A stretch of DNA of 64,000 bases. Source: Patescibacteria group bacterium UBA926. Its GTDB lineage: Bacteria > Patescibacteriota > Doudnabacteria > UBA920. Shown piece by piece: positions 55,182-64,000 of the stretch. The notes below the pieces were generated by a model, which was not told the DNA's origin, ran no database searches, and saw only the letters and a program-made list of their open reading frames with translations. The DNA lies in NCBI GenBank assembly GCA_002293685.1, contig DBDS01000002.1:31742-95741 (forward strand), read 5' to 3'. Every line of letters begins with the position of its first letter. Within the stretch, counting starts at the first letter, position 1. Both the position numbers and the translations under genes were made by a program.

Positions 55182-56652
55182 TTTGCTCCTTCCCAATTTT
55201 CTCAGAAACAATCTGCCCTGAGATTACAACCATCGGTACACCCACGCCAGGCTGAGTATGATGACCAACATAATACAGATTACTAAGCTTTTTACTTCTC
55301 ATACGTGGTCGAAAATAAGCTGTTTGCCATAACGTATGAGCCAAGCCCAAGCCTGTACCACGAAAAGCATTATAATCACCAGAAAAATCTTTAAGACTGA
55401 AAACTCTCTCCACTACAATGTTTTCCTTAAACTTCTGTCCTGTGATTTTCTCCAAACGGTCGTAGAGATTATTTTTTAATCGCTCGTGTACTTCAGGAGT
55501 ATCATCCAAACCAGATGCGATTGGTGCTAAGAAAAACAAATTTTCACTTCCCTCAGGTGCTACAGAATCATCTGTTTGAGATGGTGTGCAAAGATAAAAG
55601 GAAGGTTGGTCTGGCCAAGCAGGTTTATTAAATATGGTATTGAAATGTTCAGTCCAATCTTTGTCTAAAAATAAAGTATGATGCAACAAACCAGACAATT
55701 TCTTATTTACGCCAACATACACAATGAAAGCTGACGGGGCAACAACTCGTTTATTCCACCAACGTGGAGAGTAGTCGCGATATTGTTTTTCTAATAAAGT
55801 TTGGTCTACAAAATGATAGTCAGCGTTAGCAACAACAAGATCGGCTTCGAAGTCCCCGCTAGAAGTTTTCACTTTTCGGATTTGGTTTTTTTCATATTCA
55901 AAGCCGGTTACAGTTTGTTCAAATTCAAACTTAACACCTTGCTCTTCGGCAAGTTTTTGAAACGCGCTTGCCACCGCACCAAACCCACCCTGTGGATACC
56001 AAACACCTAGATTTAAATCAGCGTGGTTAATCACCGAGTACAAAGCAGGTGTATTGTCCGGTGCGCCGCCTAAAAAGACCATACTGTACTCAAGTAATTT
56101 TCTAAGACGTTCGTTTTTAAAATATCGTTTCGTGAATGAAGATAATTTTTCGAAGACGTGAAGCTTACGGCCTTCGGTTATCATTCGCTTTGTAAAGAAA
56201 TCAAAAATCGAATTGAAGTCTTTATAAATAAACTCCTTCATCGAAACTTCATACTGATATTCTGCCTGGGCTAAATATTCGCGGAGCTTTTCTCCTGCTC
56301 CAGTTTCAATTGATTCAAAGAGTTTATACGTCTCTTCAACATCCGACGGCATGTCTACTTTATCACTTTCTCCAAAGTAAGCGCGATAAGAAGGACTAAG
56401 TCTTTTCAAAGAATAATAGTCACTCGGTTTTTTGCCAAACAATGAAAAATAGCGCTCGTAGATTTCAGGCATCATGTACCAAGACGGACCCATATCAAAA
56501 CTAAAGCCGCGCTCTTGCCAAACCCGAGCACGTCCACCAACCATATTATGTTTTTCCAGTACTGTAACCTGATGTCCGTCTTTCGCCAACAATGCCGCTG
56601 CTGACAGCCCTCCAAAACCTGCTCCGATTACAACGATTTTTTTCGTTGTCAT
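55174..56652 (-). CDS. crtI: Phytoene desaturase (CrtI family)
   Basis: VIGAGFGGL, FDMGPSWY, YPQGG, HHTQPGVGVPMVVISG; ATG 56652 overlaps the upstream TAA. Confidence 0.93.
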   Translation of the reverse strand: MTTKKIVVIGAGFGGLSAAALLAKDGHQVTVLEKHNMVGGRARVWQERGFSFDMGPSWYMMPEIYERYFSLFGKKPSDYYSLKRLSPSYRAYFGESDKVDMPSDVEETYKLFESIETGAGEKLREYLAQAEYQYEVSMKEFIYKDFNSIFDFFTKRMITEGRKLHVFEKLSSFTKRYFKNERLRKLLEYSMVFLGGAPDNTPALYSVINHADLNLGVWYPQGGFGAVASAFQKLAEEQGVKFEFEQTVTGFEYEKNQIRKVKTSSGDFEADLVVANADYHFVDQTLLEKQYRDYSPRWWNKRVVAPSAFIVYVGVNKKLSGLLHHTLFLDKDWTEHFNTIFNKPAWPDQPSFYLCTPSQTDDSVAPEGSENLFFLAPIASGLDDTPEVHERLKNNLYDRLEKITGQKFKENIVVERVFSLKDFSGDYNAFRGTGLGLAHTLWQTAYFRPRMRSKKLSNLYYVGHHTQPGVGVPMVVISGQIVSEKIGKEQNG

Positions 56653-57752
56653 TAAGTCAAATAATTTTGCACCAGATACCAAGCTAGCAGGAACAGTGCT
56701 CCCCACCAGCCAAAGAATGAAATTCCAAAACTTAGGGCTATCTTGTTTCGCATTCCAACAGAAAGAGGTTCTGAAATACGTCCTTCCCGTTCTTGCGCCA
56801 ATAGTTTTGGACTAATATAAAAAGTAAGAAACAACCCATTCGCTATTAATAATAGCAATAAAATAGCTTGGTAGAAAGCCACGCCATTCAGCCAACTTTC
56901 GCGGTAAGTTATGGCAGCGCCAATCAATAATAACAATAATCCTAACCAGATCAATGGCTTTGTTACTTTATGCGCGCGGATAGTACTCTCAGTCCAATAA
57001 GATGAATGGCGTCCTAAAAAGCCATGAACATCTATTACTGTTACAGCACCAAGCCCAACCACAAAACCTGCCATGAACAAAAATAACCCAATAATGTCTA
57101 GCCAAGGAATTTTTTGGCCATCAAATATTCCTAATTTAATTTTACCCACATCACCGAGCAATCCAGTAACGCTTGTATTTGAAAAATCTTCTACTGTACC
57201 AACACCAATAACATAATCCCCTATCTGCGAGTTAGGTTCATAAACAATTATAAAGTAATTTTGTTTAGCTTCAACAGTTATTTCTTTTTTATCACCAACC
57301 CAATATCTTTCAAAACTAAATGGTTCATACCAAAATCCATTTTCGTGATTGTTGGATAACTTAATACCACCATAACCTTCAGGAATAGCTATGGGTAAAA
57401 TCTCCATGTCTACTGAATTTTCATCAGAAATATTCCGAGCAATTAAATAAATATCTGGCTTAAATTGACTATTTCTCGGAGAAACAGGGACGAGAATCTC
57501 TAATGGAATAGTCGCATCCTGCTCAGGTACGAATACATAGGAATCTAATTCGCCCACGGTTGATAATTGGCCATACACTGCTTGTGAAGAAGATGTAGGG
57601 TCAGAGATCTGAGTTGATCCCAAAAATATCCCATCAGCGACAGAGCTAAAACTAGACTCTGTTTCTAAAAATGGTTGATGAGCAAAAACGATCAGAGGTG
57701 AAAACAAAAATACAACTGCCGATAATATAGTTAACTTCGATTTAATTTCCAT
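56652..57752 (-). CDS. Hypothetical protein: signal peptide, beta-rich extracellular domain, 4 C-terminal TMs
   Basis: AHQP after the signal peptide, YEPFS motif, hydrophobic C-terminus; stop overlaps the crtI start. Confidence 0.75.
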   Translation of the reverse strand: MEIKSKLTILSAVVFLFSPLIVFAHQPFLETESSFSSVADGIFLGSTQISDPTSSSQAVYGQLSTVGELDSYVFVPEQDATIPLEILVPVSPRNSQFKPDIYLIARNISDENSVDMEILPIAIPEGYGGIKLSNNHENGFWYEPFSFERYWVGDKKEITVEAKQNYFIIVYEPNSQIGDYVIGVGTVEDFSNTSVTGLLGDVGKIKLGIFDGQKIPWLDIIGLFLFMAGFVVGLGAVTVIDVHGFLGRHSSYWTESTIRAHKVTKPLIWLGLLLLLIGAAITYRESWLNGVAFYQAILLLLLIANGLFLTFYISPKLLAQEREGRISEPLSVGMRNKIALSFGISFFGWWGALFLLAWYLVQNYLT

Positions 57753-58201
57753 ATTTCTTTCGTTAGTTTAGTTGCGATTCCTACCCAAATTACATATGGG
57801 ATTAATAATAATGCTGGTAATAAATAAATTGGCCAGATAATGATTATCGCAATCACAGTAGTAATATTTAGATAAATCATGCGCTTATACGCTTTGCTAA
57901 AATTATGTTCAACAAAAAATACTTTGTTCCAGTTTGCATTTAAATAAGCGTTTAGCAAAAGCACAACAGCTAATATATAGTGCCAAACTCCAGGAATTGT
58001 AACAATCCAAAACAACATAACTGCCACAGTCACTAAAATATACAAAAATATCCAAATTTCTTTAATTAATTTTCCACTTGGAGTCCAGCTTGGCTTGTGT
58101 AAACCACTATACCAAGTCTTTAAACCAACTTTGGTATAACCGACTCCTATGTAAGCAGTAAAAGCTACGATTAAAGGAATAATTATAGAACTAATTTTCA
58201 T
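57731..58201 (-). CDS. tspO: TspO/MBR (CrtK) family protein
   Basis: WY..L.KPSWTP, W..LY, LN..W..FF, LLIPY..W...AT.L. Confidence 0.88.
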   Translation of the reverse strand: MKISSIIIPLIVAFTAYIGVGYTKVGLKTWYSGLHKPSWTPSGKLIKEIWIFLYILVTVAVMLFWIVTIPGVWHYILAVVLLLNAYLNANWNKVFFVEHNFSKAYKRMIYLNITTVIAIIIIWPIYLLPALLLIPYVIWVGIATKLTKEIWKLNRS

Positions 58202-58826
58202 ACGATTGATAGTTAATTTCTTCGTAAAATTTTATGTCACGATCAGTACACCACTGTTTAATCATACTATAAAATGGTCCGCCAAATTTCAAAAATCCGT
58301 CATGAACCGGAATTACTACTTTTGCACTACTGGCTGCAACAAAATCCATCGTTTCACTTATTTTAGACCAAGGCGCTACAATCGGCAAAAGTAAAATTTC
58401 GGCTGGTTTTGGTAAAACTGTGAGACTATCCCCTGGATACCACAACTTTTGATTTACTAAATAGCCCGTGTTTGAAATAGTTGGAATACTTGAATGAATC
58501 ACAGCGTGATCTTTACCAAACGCTTCTACTAATAAATTATCTAATTCAAAACTTTGGCCTTGTTCGACAATCTCAATTTTAAAATTTAGATTAGAAATTT
58601 CTGCAGCAACTTCGGAATTGCATACAATCTTTACTCCAGGGCTATTATGAGCTAGTAAACTTAAATTTTCTACATTTAAATGGTCGAAGTGTTTATGTGT
58701 AATCGCAACAATGTCTACATGAGGCAGTTGTTCTGGTAACTCCGAAAACGCACCAGGATCAAACATTAAAGCCAATCCATGCTCTTCGACTAACACACAA
58801 GAATGTCCGTACTTTGTTATTTTCAT
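58191..58826 (-). CDS. MBL-fold metallo-hydrolase
   Basis: GHSC, DPG, THKHFDH, PGDS, PVHDG. Confidence 0.9.
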   Translation of the reverse strand: MKITKYGHSCVLVEEHGLALMFDPGAFSELPEQLPHVDIVAITHKHFDHLNVENLSLLAHNSPGVKIVCNSEVAAEISNLNFKIEIVEQGQSFELDNLLVEAFGKDHAVIHSSIPTISNTGYLVNQKLWYPGDSLTVLPKPAEILLLPIVAPWSKISETMDFVAASSAKVVIPVHDGFLKFGGPFYSMIKQWCTDRDIKFYEEINYQSYEN

Positions 58827-58845
58827 TAAAAGTAATACTCATTTA

Positions 58846-59304
58846 CTATTCTATAAACTCAATTTTATGGGATGTGAAAGTATTACCCACTTCGGTATCA
58901 AAAGCAAAGTATGCTTTAAATTTTTTGCCTTCTAACACATGTGGCAGCCAAACAGCATCATCAGACCACATCTCTGCATAAGGAATTTCATGATGGGCAA
59001 ACCATTGAGGTTTCATTTCTTCCGATTCCACTGGCTCACCATCAACTTCGTTAGTAGTGAAAATGTGACACATTAAATGATTATCGTCCACGAATGTGAA
59101 TTCAATCTCACCTTTATACTCTAAAGATTTTGCGACTAATCCACTTTCTTCTTGAAGCTCACGCATTGCTGCTTGCTCTAAGGTTTCACCCTCTTCAACT
59201 TTTCCACCGAAGCCATTCCATCGCCCACTTCCAAAACCACGTTTCTTGTAACCAAGTAAGACTTTCTCGTCATCATGAACAAAAACTAATGTGACTATTT
59301 TCAT
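58846..59304 (-). CDS. Nudix hydrolase, 8-oxo-dGTPase (MTH1-like)
   Basis: KKRGFG.GRWNGFGGKVEEGE....AAMRELQEESG, EEMKPQWF, MWSDD..W. Confidence 0.9.
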   Translation of the reverse strand: MKIVTLVFVHDDEKVLLGYKKRGFGSGRWNGFGGKVEEGETLEQAAMRELQEESGLVAKSLEYKGEIEFTFVDDNHLMCHIFTTNEVDGEPVESEEMKPQWFAHHEIPYAEMWSDDAVWLPHVLEGKKFKAYFAFDTEVGNTFTSHKIEFIE

Positions 59305-59808
59305 TTAAAACCTTTCTGCTATTTGCCCCACAACAATTCCCACCAAGATTGCTATACCTCCCATTAAAAAAGTGAATAGACCATCTCGCCAAACTTTACT
59401 GCGGAACATTTTTGCACTAACTGCGCCAAGCAAGAACAATGCAACCAACGTAAGAATTACTGAAGCAATTACCGCATTAGTGTTCGTAGAATAGAAATAT
59501 GGTGACAACGGAATGAACCCAGCTGCTATATAAGACAGTAACATTATGACTCCGCCTTTGAATGGTTTTGAGTAAGAAGTATTTTCTCCTGTCTCATAAG
59601 TTTCAACTGAGCGTTCTGAAATCAAACTTCCAACAGCCATTGAAAAAGCTTCAACAAAAATTAAAACTAACCCGGTGATAATAATACTTTTTTGATCTAG
59701 GCCAGCCACAGCGATACCTGCCAATAACCCAACAGTCGAAACCAAACTATCTTCTACACCGAAAGTGAAGTTACGAATAAAAATTGTGTAATCTTTTTTT
59801 ATACTCAT
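59305..59808 (-). CDS. VIT1/CCC1 transporter family protein
   Basis: FGVEDSLVST.GL, FSMAVG...SE; start corrected to 59808. Confidence 0.88.
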   Translation of the reverse strand: MSIKKDYTIFIRNFTFGVEDSLVSTVGLLAGIAVAGLDQKSIIITGLVLIFVEAFSMAVGSLISERSVETYETGENTSYSKPFKGGVIMLLSYIAAGFIPLSPYFYSTNTNAVIASVILTLVALFLLGAVSAKMFRSKVWRDGLFTFLMGGIAILVGIVVGQIAERF

Positions 59809-59809
59809 T

Positions 59810-60241
59810 TTATTTTCCAGTGCTCCCAAAACCACCATCACCACGATGAGTTTCTTCTAGTTCATCTACGAATTCTGGCTCTGGAGTAATAATTGCTTCA
59901 ATTATAAGTTGTGCCACCCTATCGCCTTTGTTCACAGAAAAGTCTTTGTCGGTGTGATTGGATAAAAGAATTAATATTTCCCCGCGATAATCCGCATCAA
60001 TTACACCGGCTAATGTATCAATTCCAAATTTCACAGCCAGACCTGAACGTGGTGCAATTCGCCCGTAATAATTTTCTGGGATTGCTGTAGAAATTCCCGT
60101 ACTCACCGAGGCAAAGCCACGGGCGGGTATAGTTTGCTCCTCTGAAGCATACAAATCCAAGCCAGCAGCCAAACCACTACCTCTTGTGGGTAATATGGCT
60201 TGTTCGTTCAATTTTTTAAAGGCTAACTTGGGAATACTCAT
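59810..60241 (-). CDS. dut: dUTP diphosphatase
   Basis: [33 protein letters not shown]. Confidence 0.98.
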   Translation of the reverse strand: MSIPKLAFKKLNEQAILPTRGSGLAAGLDLYASEEQTIPARGFASVSTGISTAIPENYYGRIAPRSGLAVKFGIDTLAGVIDADYRGEILILLSNHTDKDFSVNKGDRVAQLIIEAIITPEPEFVDELEETHRGDGGFGSTGK

Positions 60242-60270
60242 ATTGATAGTATAAATATTATAGCACTATT

Positions 60271-60291
60271 AAACCCGCCTTTGGGCGGGTT
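60271..60291 (-). terminator. Terminator after parB
   Basis: aacccgcc/ggcgggtt hairpin. Confidence 0.6.
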
Positions 60292-60301
60292 GTTAAATTG
60301 A

Positions 60302-61300
60302 TTATACTACGAGATAACCGTCGTCTGTGTCCTTTTTCTCTTCGGCGATTCTATGCAAAATATCGTTAAGATCCTCGTCGCTGAAAAATTCAATGGTAAT
60401 CTTTCCACCCCGGCCTTGTCTTTGAATTTTCACTTGAGTACCAAGTTTTCCGCGCAGTTCACTTTCAATTGCAATGAGCTTTGGATCCGGCATTGCTGCA
60501 TCCATTTTTCGACGCTGAACTAGTTCTCGAACCTTGGCTTCAACTTGTCTTACATTTAGGCCTTGTTCCAAAACTTGTTTGTACATTAACAACTGTCTTT
60601 CAATATCCGGCAAACTTAAAATGGCACGACCATGCCCTTCACTAATTTTTCCTTCAATAATTGCTCGCTGAATTTCGGCTGGCAAGTTTAACAAGCGCAA
60701 AGTGTTTGCCACACTCGGACGAGACTTTCCAACTTTTTGCGCAACTTGTTCTTGAGTTAAATTGAATTTATCGATTAAACGTTGAAACGCCTGAGCTTCT
60801 TCAATCGCGTTTAATTCTTGGCGTTGAATATTTTCAATTAAAGCAACTTCCAGTTTAGTCTGGTCGTGCAGAGTTTGTTTAACAATCGCAGGAACTTTTA
60901 GAAGTCCCGCTAATTGTGATGCGCGAAATCTTCGCTCACCAACCACCAACTCATAACCATCCGCTACCTGAGTTACAACAATAGGTTGAATCACTCCGTG
61001 TTCTTTTATCGAACTAGCTAATTCCTGAAGTGCTTCTTGATTAAATACTTTTCTTGGTTGAAAAGGGTTTGGTACAACTTTTGAAACTTCAATTTCCTGA
61101 ATACTGCTATCAGCGTAAGAAACTTTTTCTGATAAATCTACGGTTGGTACAAAAATTTCCTGAGTAGTGCTTTGTGGTTCTGAGGTTGCTTCTTGTTGTG
61201 AAATAATCTCTGCTTCCGGATATGAAATAACCCCAGCGTCGTTATCAGACTGCTCGGGAGTCGGTTCAGAAATATTCGGATTGATATTGAATTGGTTCAT
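60302..61300 (-). CDS. parB: ParB/Spo0J partition protein
   Basis: PNPFQPRK.F, GVIQP, GERRFRA, ENIQR..LN.IEEA, HTH SR.SVAN.LRLL. Confidence 0.96.
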   Translation of the reverse strand: MNQFNINPNISEPTPEQSDNDAGVISYPEAEIISQQEATSEPQSTTQEIFVPTVDLSEKVSYADSSIQEIEVSKVVPNPFQPRKVFNQEALQELASSIKEHGVIQPIVVTQVADGYELVVGERRFRASQLAGLLKVPAIVKQTLHDQTKLEVALIENIQRQELNAIEEAQAFQRLIDKFNLTQEQVAQKVGKSRPSVANTLRLLNLPAEIQRAIIEGKISEGHGRAILSLPDIERQLLMYKQVLEQGLNVRQVEAKVRELVQRRKMDAAMPDPKLIAIESELRGKLGTQVKIQRQGRGGKITIEFFSDEDLNDILHRIAEEKKDTDDGYLVV

Positions 61301-61423
61301 GATCTTGTGTTTTGTACTGCTTCGCCAAGGCTTCGCAGTACACTTCTTCGCAAATACGAAGGTGCCTGCACTTCGAAGCTTTCTTGTACTCCGAAGCTTT
61401 AAGCGAAGGAGGAAGCGAAGAAG

Positions 61424-61560
61424 TGGTGCCGATGGTGGGAGTTCTCTTCACCCGAGCTCACGGCGGACTATGTCCGCTTCCGCTCGCTCTCCTTCAGAGC
61501 CGGCCGCTCTGCGAACGTACCACAGGTACGTTCTCGAGTCGGCTTCAACTCCTTTACCAC
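61424..61560. repeat. Duplicated tRNA-Leu 3' end (20 bp) fused to a palindromic element
   Basis: tggtgccgatggtgggagtt at 61424-61443 is identical to 61607-61626; followed by nested hairpins ending in aactcc. Confidence 0.8.
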
Positions 61561-61606
61561 ATCAATAGATTTGTCAGCCTTGCAAGAAGCAAGGCTATCA
61601 AATCTA

Positions 61607-61691
61607 TGGTGCCGATGGTGGGAGTTGAACCCACACACCCGAAGGTACACGATTTTGAGTCGTGCGCGTCTGCCAGTTCCGCCACATCGGC
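61607..61691 (-). tRNA. tRNA-Leu(CAA)
   Basis: GCCGATG acceptor stem, anticodon arm cacga-CTCAAAA-tcgtg, long variable arm, GGTTCAACTCC, encoded CCA. Confidence 0.97.
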
Positions 61692-61727
61692 ATGCAATAA
61701 CCAACTAATTCTATCAAAATCTATGGT

Positions 61728-62258
61728 CTAGGTAAAGAACACGTTTAAACCATAAATGGTCAGTAAATAGCCAGTTATAGAGCCTAATGTGAGTCCTGTC
61801 AGGATGTCTGAAGGCCAGTGATAACTCAAAATCACCCGTGCCACACCAGTTACCACTGTTACAATTAGTAAGGCAATTCCAACAATTGGATTGAACACTA
61901 AAATCGAGCCGGCAACAGAAGCGTAAGCAATGCTATGTCTAGATGGAAATGAATTAAAGTTCACATCTCTCATTGAGAAAAATCGAGAAGTAATCACATT
62001 AAAATTAAATTTCTGATACGGGCGTTGTTTTTTATAAACGGAATTAATTGCAACTGTAATAATCATACGCGCTACAACAAATGATGTAAGTCCCAAAATA
62101 ATTATCGCCACTAGATTATCTTCAAAAAGTAAAATAAATCCAGCGATTAAATAAAACACAAAAGAGTAGTTACTCCAAAATTGCCACCAATATCGAAACA
62201 ATTTATTCGTTTCTAATTTTCTTTGCCAGTTCTGATAAGTCGCTTGATTCGGATTCAT
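61728..62258 (-). CDS. PAP2-family phosphatase
   Basis: K..RP-like, SFPSRH, ARV..SYHWPSD; start corrected to 62258. Confidence 0.88.
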   Translation of the reverse strand: MNPNQATYQNWQRKLETNKLFRYWWQFWSNYSFVFYLIAGFILLFEDNLVAIIILGLTSFVVARMIITVAINSVYKKQRPYQKFNFNVITSRFFSMRDVNFNSFPSRHSIAYASVAGSILVFNPIVGIALLIVTVVTGVARVILSYHWPSDILTGLTLGSITGYLLTIYGLNVFFT

Positions 62259-63064
62259 TATCGCCATAAGTAAACTATTAACACCAAAGTTGCCAAACCT
62301 AATCGATACCACGCAAAGATTGCAAACGAGCGAGTTGCAACATACTTAAGCAAAAAGTGAATGGCTATAAATCCAAAAATTGCTGCGGAGAAAAATCCTA
62401 TAAGAACAGAATTCAGATTCGGTTCATCGAAGATTGCAGGAAGTTCTAACAGACCTGCCCCCAAAATTATCGGAGCCGAAAGTAAAAAGCTAAACCGCGC
62501 CGCTTGTTCACGTGTTAAACCCAGCCCTAATCCAGCCATTATCGTTGCTCCACTTCGAGATACTCCAGGAATTATAGAAATCGCCTGAGCCAATCCAATC
62601 ATCAAAGCATTCTTCCATGTTAATTCTGTAAGTTGTTTTAACTTACTTCCCCATCTATCGACTGCGAAAATAATTAACGCTCCCACACTCAAAGTAATTA
62701 TCACAGTAACCGGGCTTCGCAAAACTGTCGCCACTTGTTCTTCAAAAAGTTTGCCAGCAATTGCCGCAGGGATTGAAGCTAGAACAATTAGCCATGCCAA
62801 TCGCTGATTCAAATCACCTCGAATATTTTGCCGAGATGGAATAAGTGAAGCCAAAAACCCTTTCGCTAAGGCTAAAATTTCATGTCGGAAATAGATAACT
62901 ACAGCCACCAAAGTCCCCCAATGAAGAGCCACATCAAACGCAAGACCTTGATCTTGCCACTGAAATAACCACGAAGTCACTATTAGATGCCCTGAAGACG
63001 AAATCGGCAAAAATTCGCCGAGCCCTTGTACTAATCCTAATATGATTGGTTGAATAATTCCCAT
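62258..63064 (-). CDS. uppP: Undecaprenyl-diphosphate phosphatase
   Basis: GLVQGLGEFLPISSSGHL, PGVSRSGATI, AARFSFLL. Confidence 0.97.
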   Translation of the reverse strand: MGIIQPIILGLVQGLGEFLPISSSGHLIVTSWLFQWQDQGLAFDVALHWGTLVAVVIYFRHEILALAKGFLASLIPSRQNIRGDLNQRLAWLIVLASIPAAIAGKLFEEQVATVLRSPVTVIITLSVGALIIFAVDRWGSKLKQLTELTWKNALMIGLAQAISIIPGVSRSGATIMAGLGLGLTREQAARFSFLLSAPIILGAGLLELPAIFDEPNLNSVLIGFFSAAIFGFIAIHFLLKYVATRSFAIFAWYRLGLATLVLIVYLWR

Positions 63065-63468
63065 TATGAAAGTTCTTTTTCAAAAATTATTTGCAAATCT
63101 TGTATTGTCTCATAAGGCAAAACTGTAAACGCTTTATTCCCCAAAACCATTGCTGAAATCCGTTTTTCTTGTGGTCTATATAAACAAATCACTTTCTTGC
63201 CTAGTTTCTCTGCAATACCGAGTTCGTATCCAACCCCCATACTAACTTGAGTTACCTCTGCGACAACCATATCTGATGATTCTAACCAACCTACATCTCT
63301 ATTAAATATAGAGAACACATCGGATTCTTCCCCACCATCCCCGAGTAAACTATCGCCTATATGTTCGGTAAGAACTTCCCCATAGTGATTAAGCACTTCG
63401 ATGATTTGTAAATACAAACCTTGATCAGCTCGACCACCTGTGATAGAGCCTGCGAAATAAATCTTCAT
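63064..63468 (-). CDS. Nucleoside 2-deoxyribosyltransferase / DNPH1 (Rcl)-like N-glycosidase
   Basis: IYFAGSI.GGR, VLTEH, RD..WL..SD.VVAEVT..S.GVGYELG, ISAM. Confidence 0.88.
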   Translation of the reverse strand: MKIYFAGSITGGRADQGLYLQIIEVLNHYGEVLTEHIGDSLLGDGGEESDVFSIFNRDVGWLESSDMVVAEVTQVSMGVGYELGIAEKLGKKVICLYRPQEKRISAMVLGNKAFTVLPYETIQDLQIIFEKELS

Positions 63469-63470
63469 CA

Positions 63471-64000
63471 CTAGATTCCCGGTACTGGAAATTGGGTGCT
63501 AAAATCACGCACTTCCGATTTAATTTTTTCATGCAAAGTGGTGTCGTCTGGATTTTGCAAAACTTGGACCAACCAATCGGCAATTTTTGTCATGTCATCT
63601 TCTTTTGCACCGCGTGTTGTAATCGCTGGCGTTCCCAAACGAATCCCACTCGGATCCATCGGACTACGCGGATCGTTTGCAATCATGTTCATATTTAATG
63701 TAATTCCAACTGTATCTAATAACTCCTGAGCCTGCTTACCGGTAACATTCCAAGAGCTCATTACATCTACTAACATCAAGTGATTACTTGTTCCGCCAGT
63801 TATTAATTTTCCACCGCGCGCCATTAACTCTTCCGCGAGTTTAGCAGCATTACGAATAACCTGAGAAGAATATTCAATGAACTCCGGTTTTAAAGCTTCA
63901 CCAAACGCTACAGCTTTCGCAGCAATGTTATTCATATGTGGACCACCTTGAAAACCAGGAAAGACCGATTTATCGATAACAGAAGTAAATTCTTCCTTAC
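63471..64000 (-). CDS. glyA: Serine hydroxymethyltransferase, 5' part outside the window
   Basis: FPGFQGGPHMNNIAAKAV, GGTSNHLML, PSGIRLGTPA.TTRG. Confidence 0.96.
   Translation of the reverse strand, partial: KEEFTSVIDKSVFPGFQGGPHMNNIAAKAVAFGEALKPEFIEYSSQVIRNAAKLAEELMARGGKLITGGTSNHLMLVDVMSSWNVTGKQAQELLDTVGITLNMNMIANDPRSPMDPSGIRLGTPAITTRGAKEDDMTKIADWLVQVLQNPDDTTLHEKIKSEVRDFSTQFPVPGI

Noticed and set aside
61167-61731. ORFs of 61-139 aa overlapping the tRNA-Leu region
   Set aside because: They are translations of the tRNA and GC-rich palindromes with no coding signals.

Overview
Chromosomal segment of a reduced-genome bacterium, most likely Patescibacteria/CPR. This is inferred from the missing rpmD/uL30, the compact glycolysis and pentose-phosphate cluster, the solitary DUF87/TraD-like ATPase and A/T-rich SD-less starts; the genetic code is the standard code 11. 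Nearly all genes are on the minus strand, listed here in coordinate order: pgk-gap-fba-pfkB-tktC/N-rpe-rpiB-tpiA-galT-ruvX-htrA-dnaX (1-15 kb); hypothetical and secretion-type genes (15-25 kb); the S10-spc ribosomal protein cluster (25-38 kb); tuf and fusA-rpsG-rpsL (39-47.5 kb); rpmB (plus strand), a P-type ATPase and a crtI-crtB-crtE-lyeJ-like carotenoid cluster with tspO; then dut, parB, tRNA-Leu(CAA), uppP and glyA. Four signals stand out. (1) Several families of modular palindromic elements occupy 17 of the 20 spacers of the S10-spc cluster, usually a few nt after a stop codon. Family B shows covarying stems whose G-T and tandem G-A pairs form only on the strand antisense to the mRNA, and one half-element lies in frame inside rplD. 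(2) Orphan mini-genes with their own consensus promoter, strong GGAGG SD and terminator sit antisense inside gap-pgk, rpsG-fusA and tuf-rpsJ. (3) EF-G has altered guanine-specificity motifs (NKxD to NKIN; G5 GSA to GGDGR). (4) There is a putative C50 carotenoid pathway. All calls come from reading the sequence by eye; no database searches or folding programs were run.
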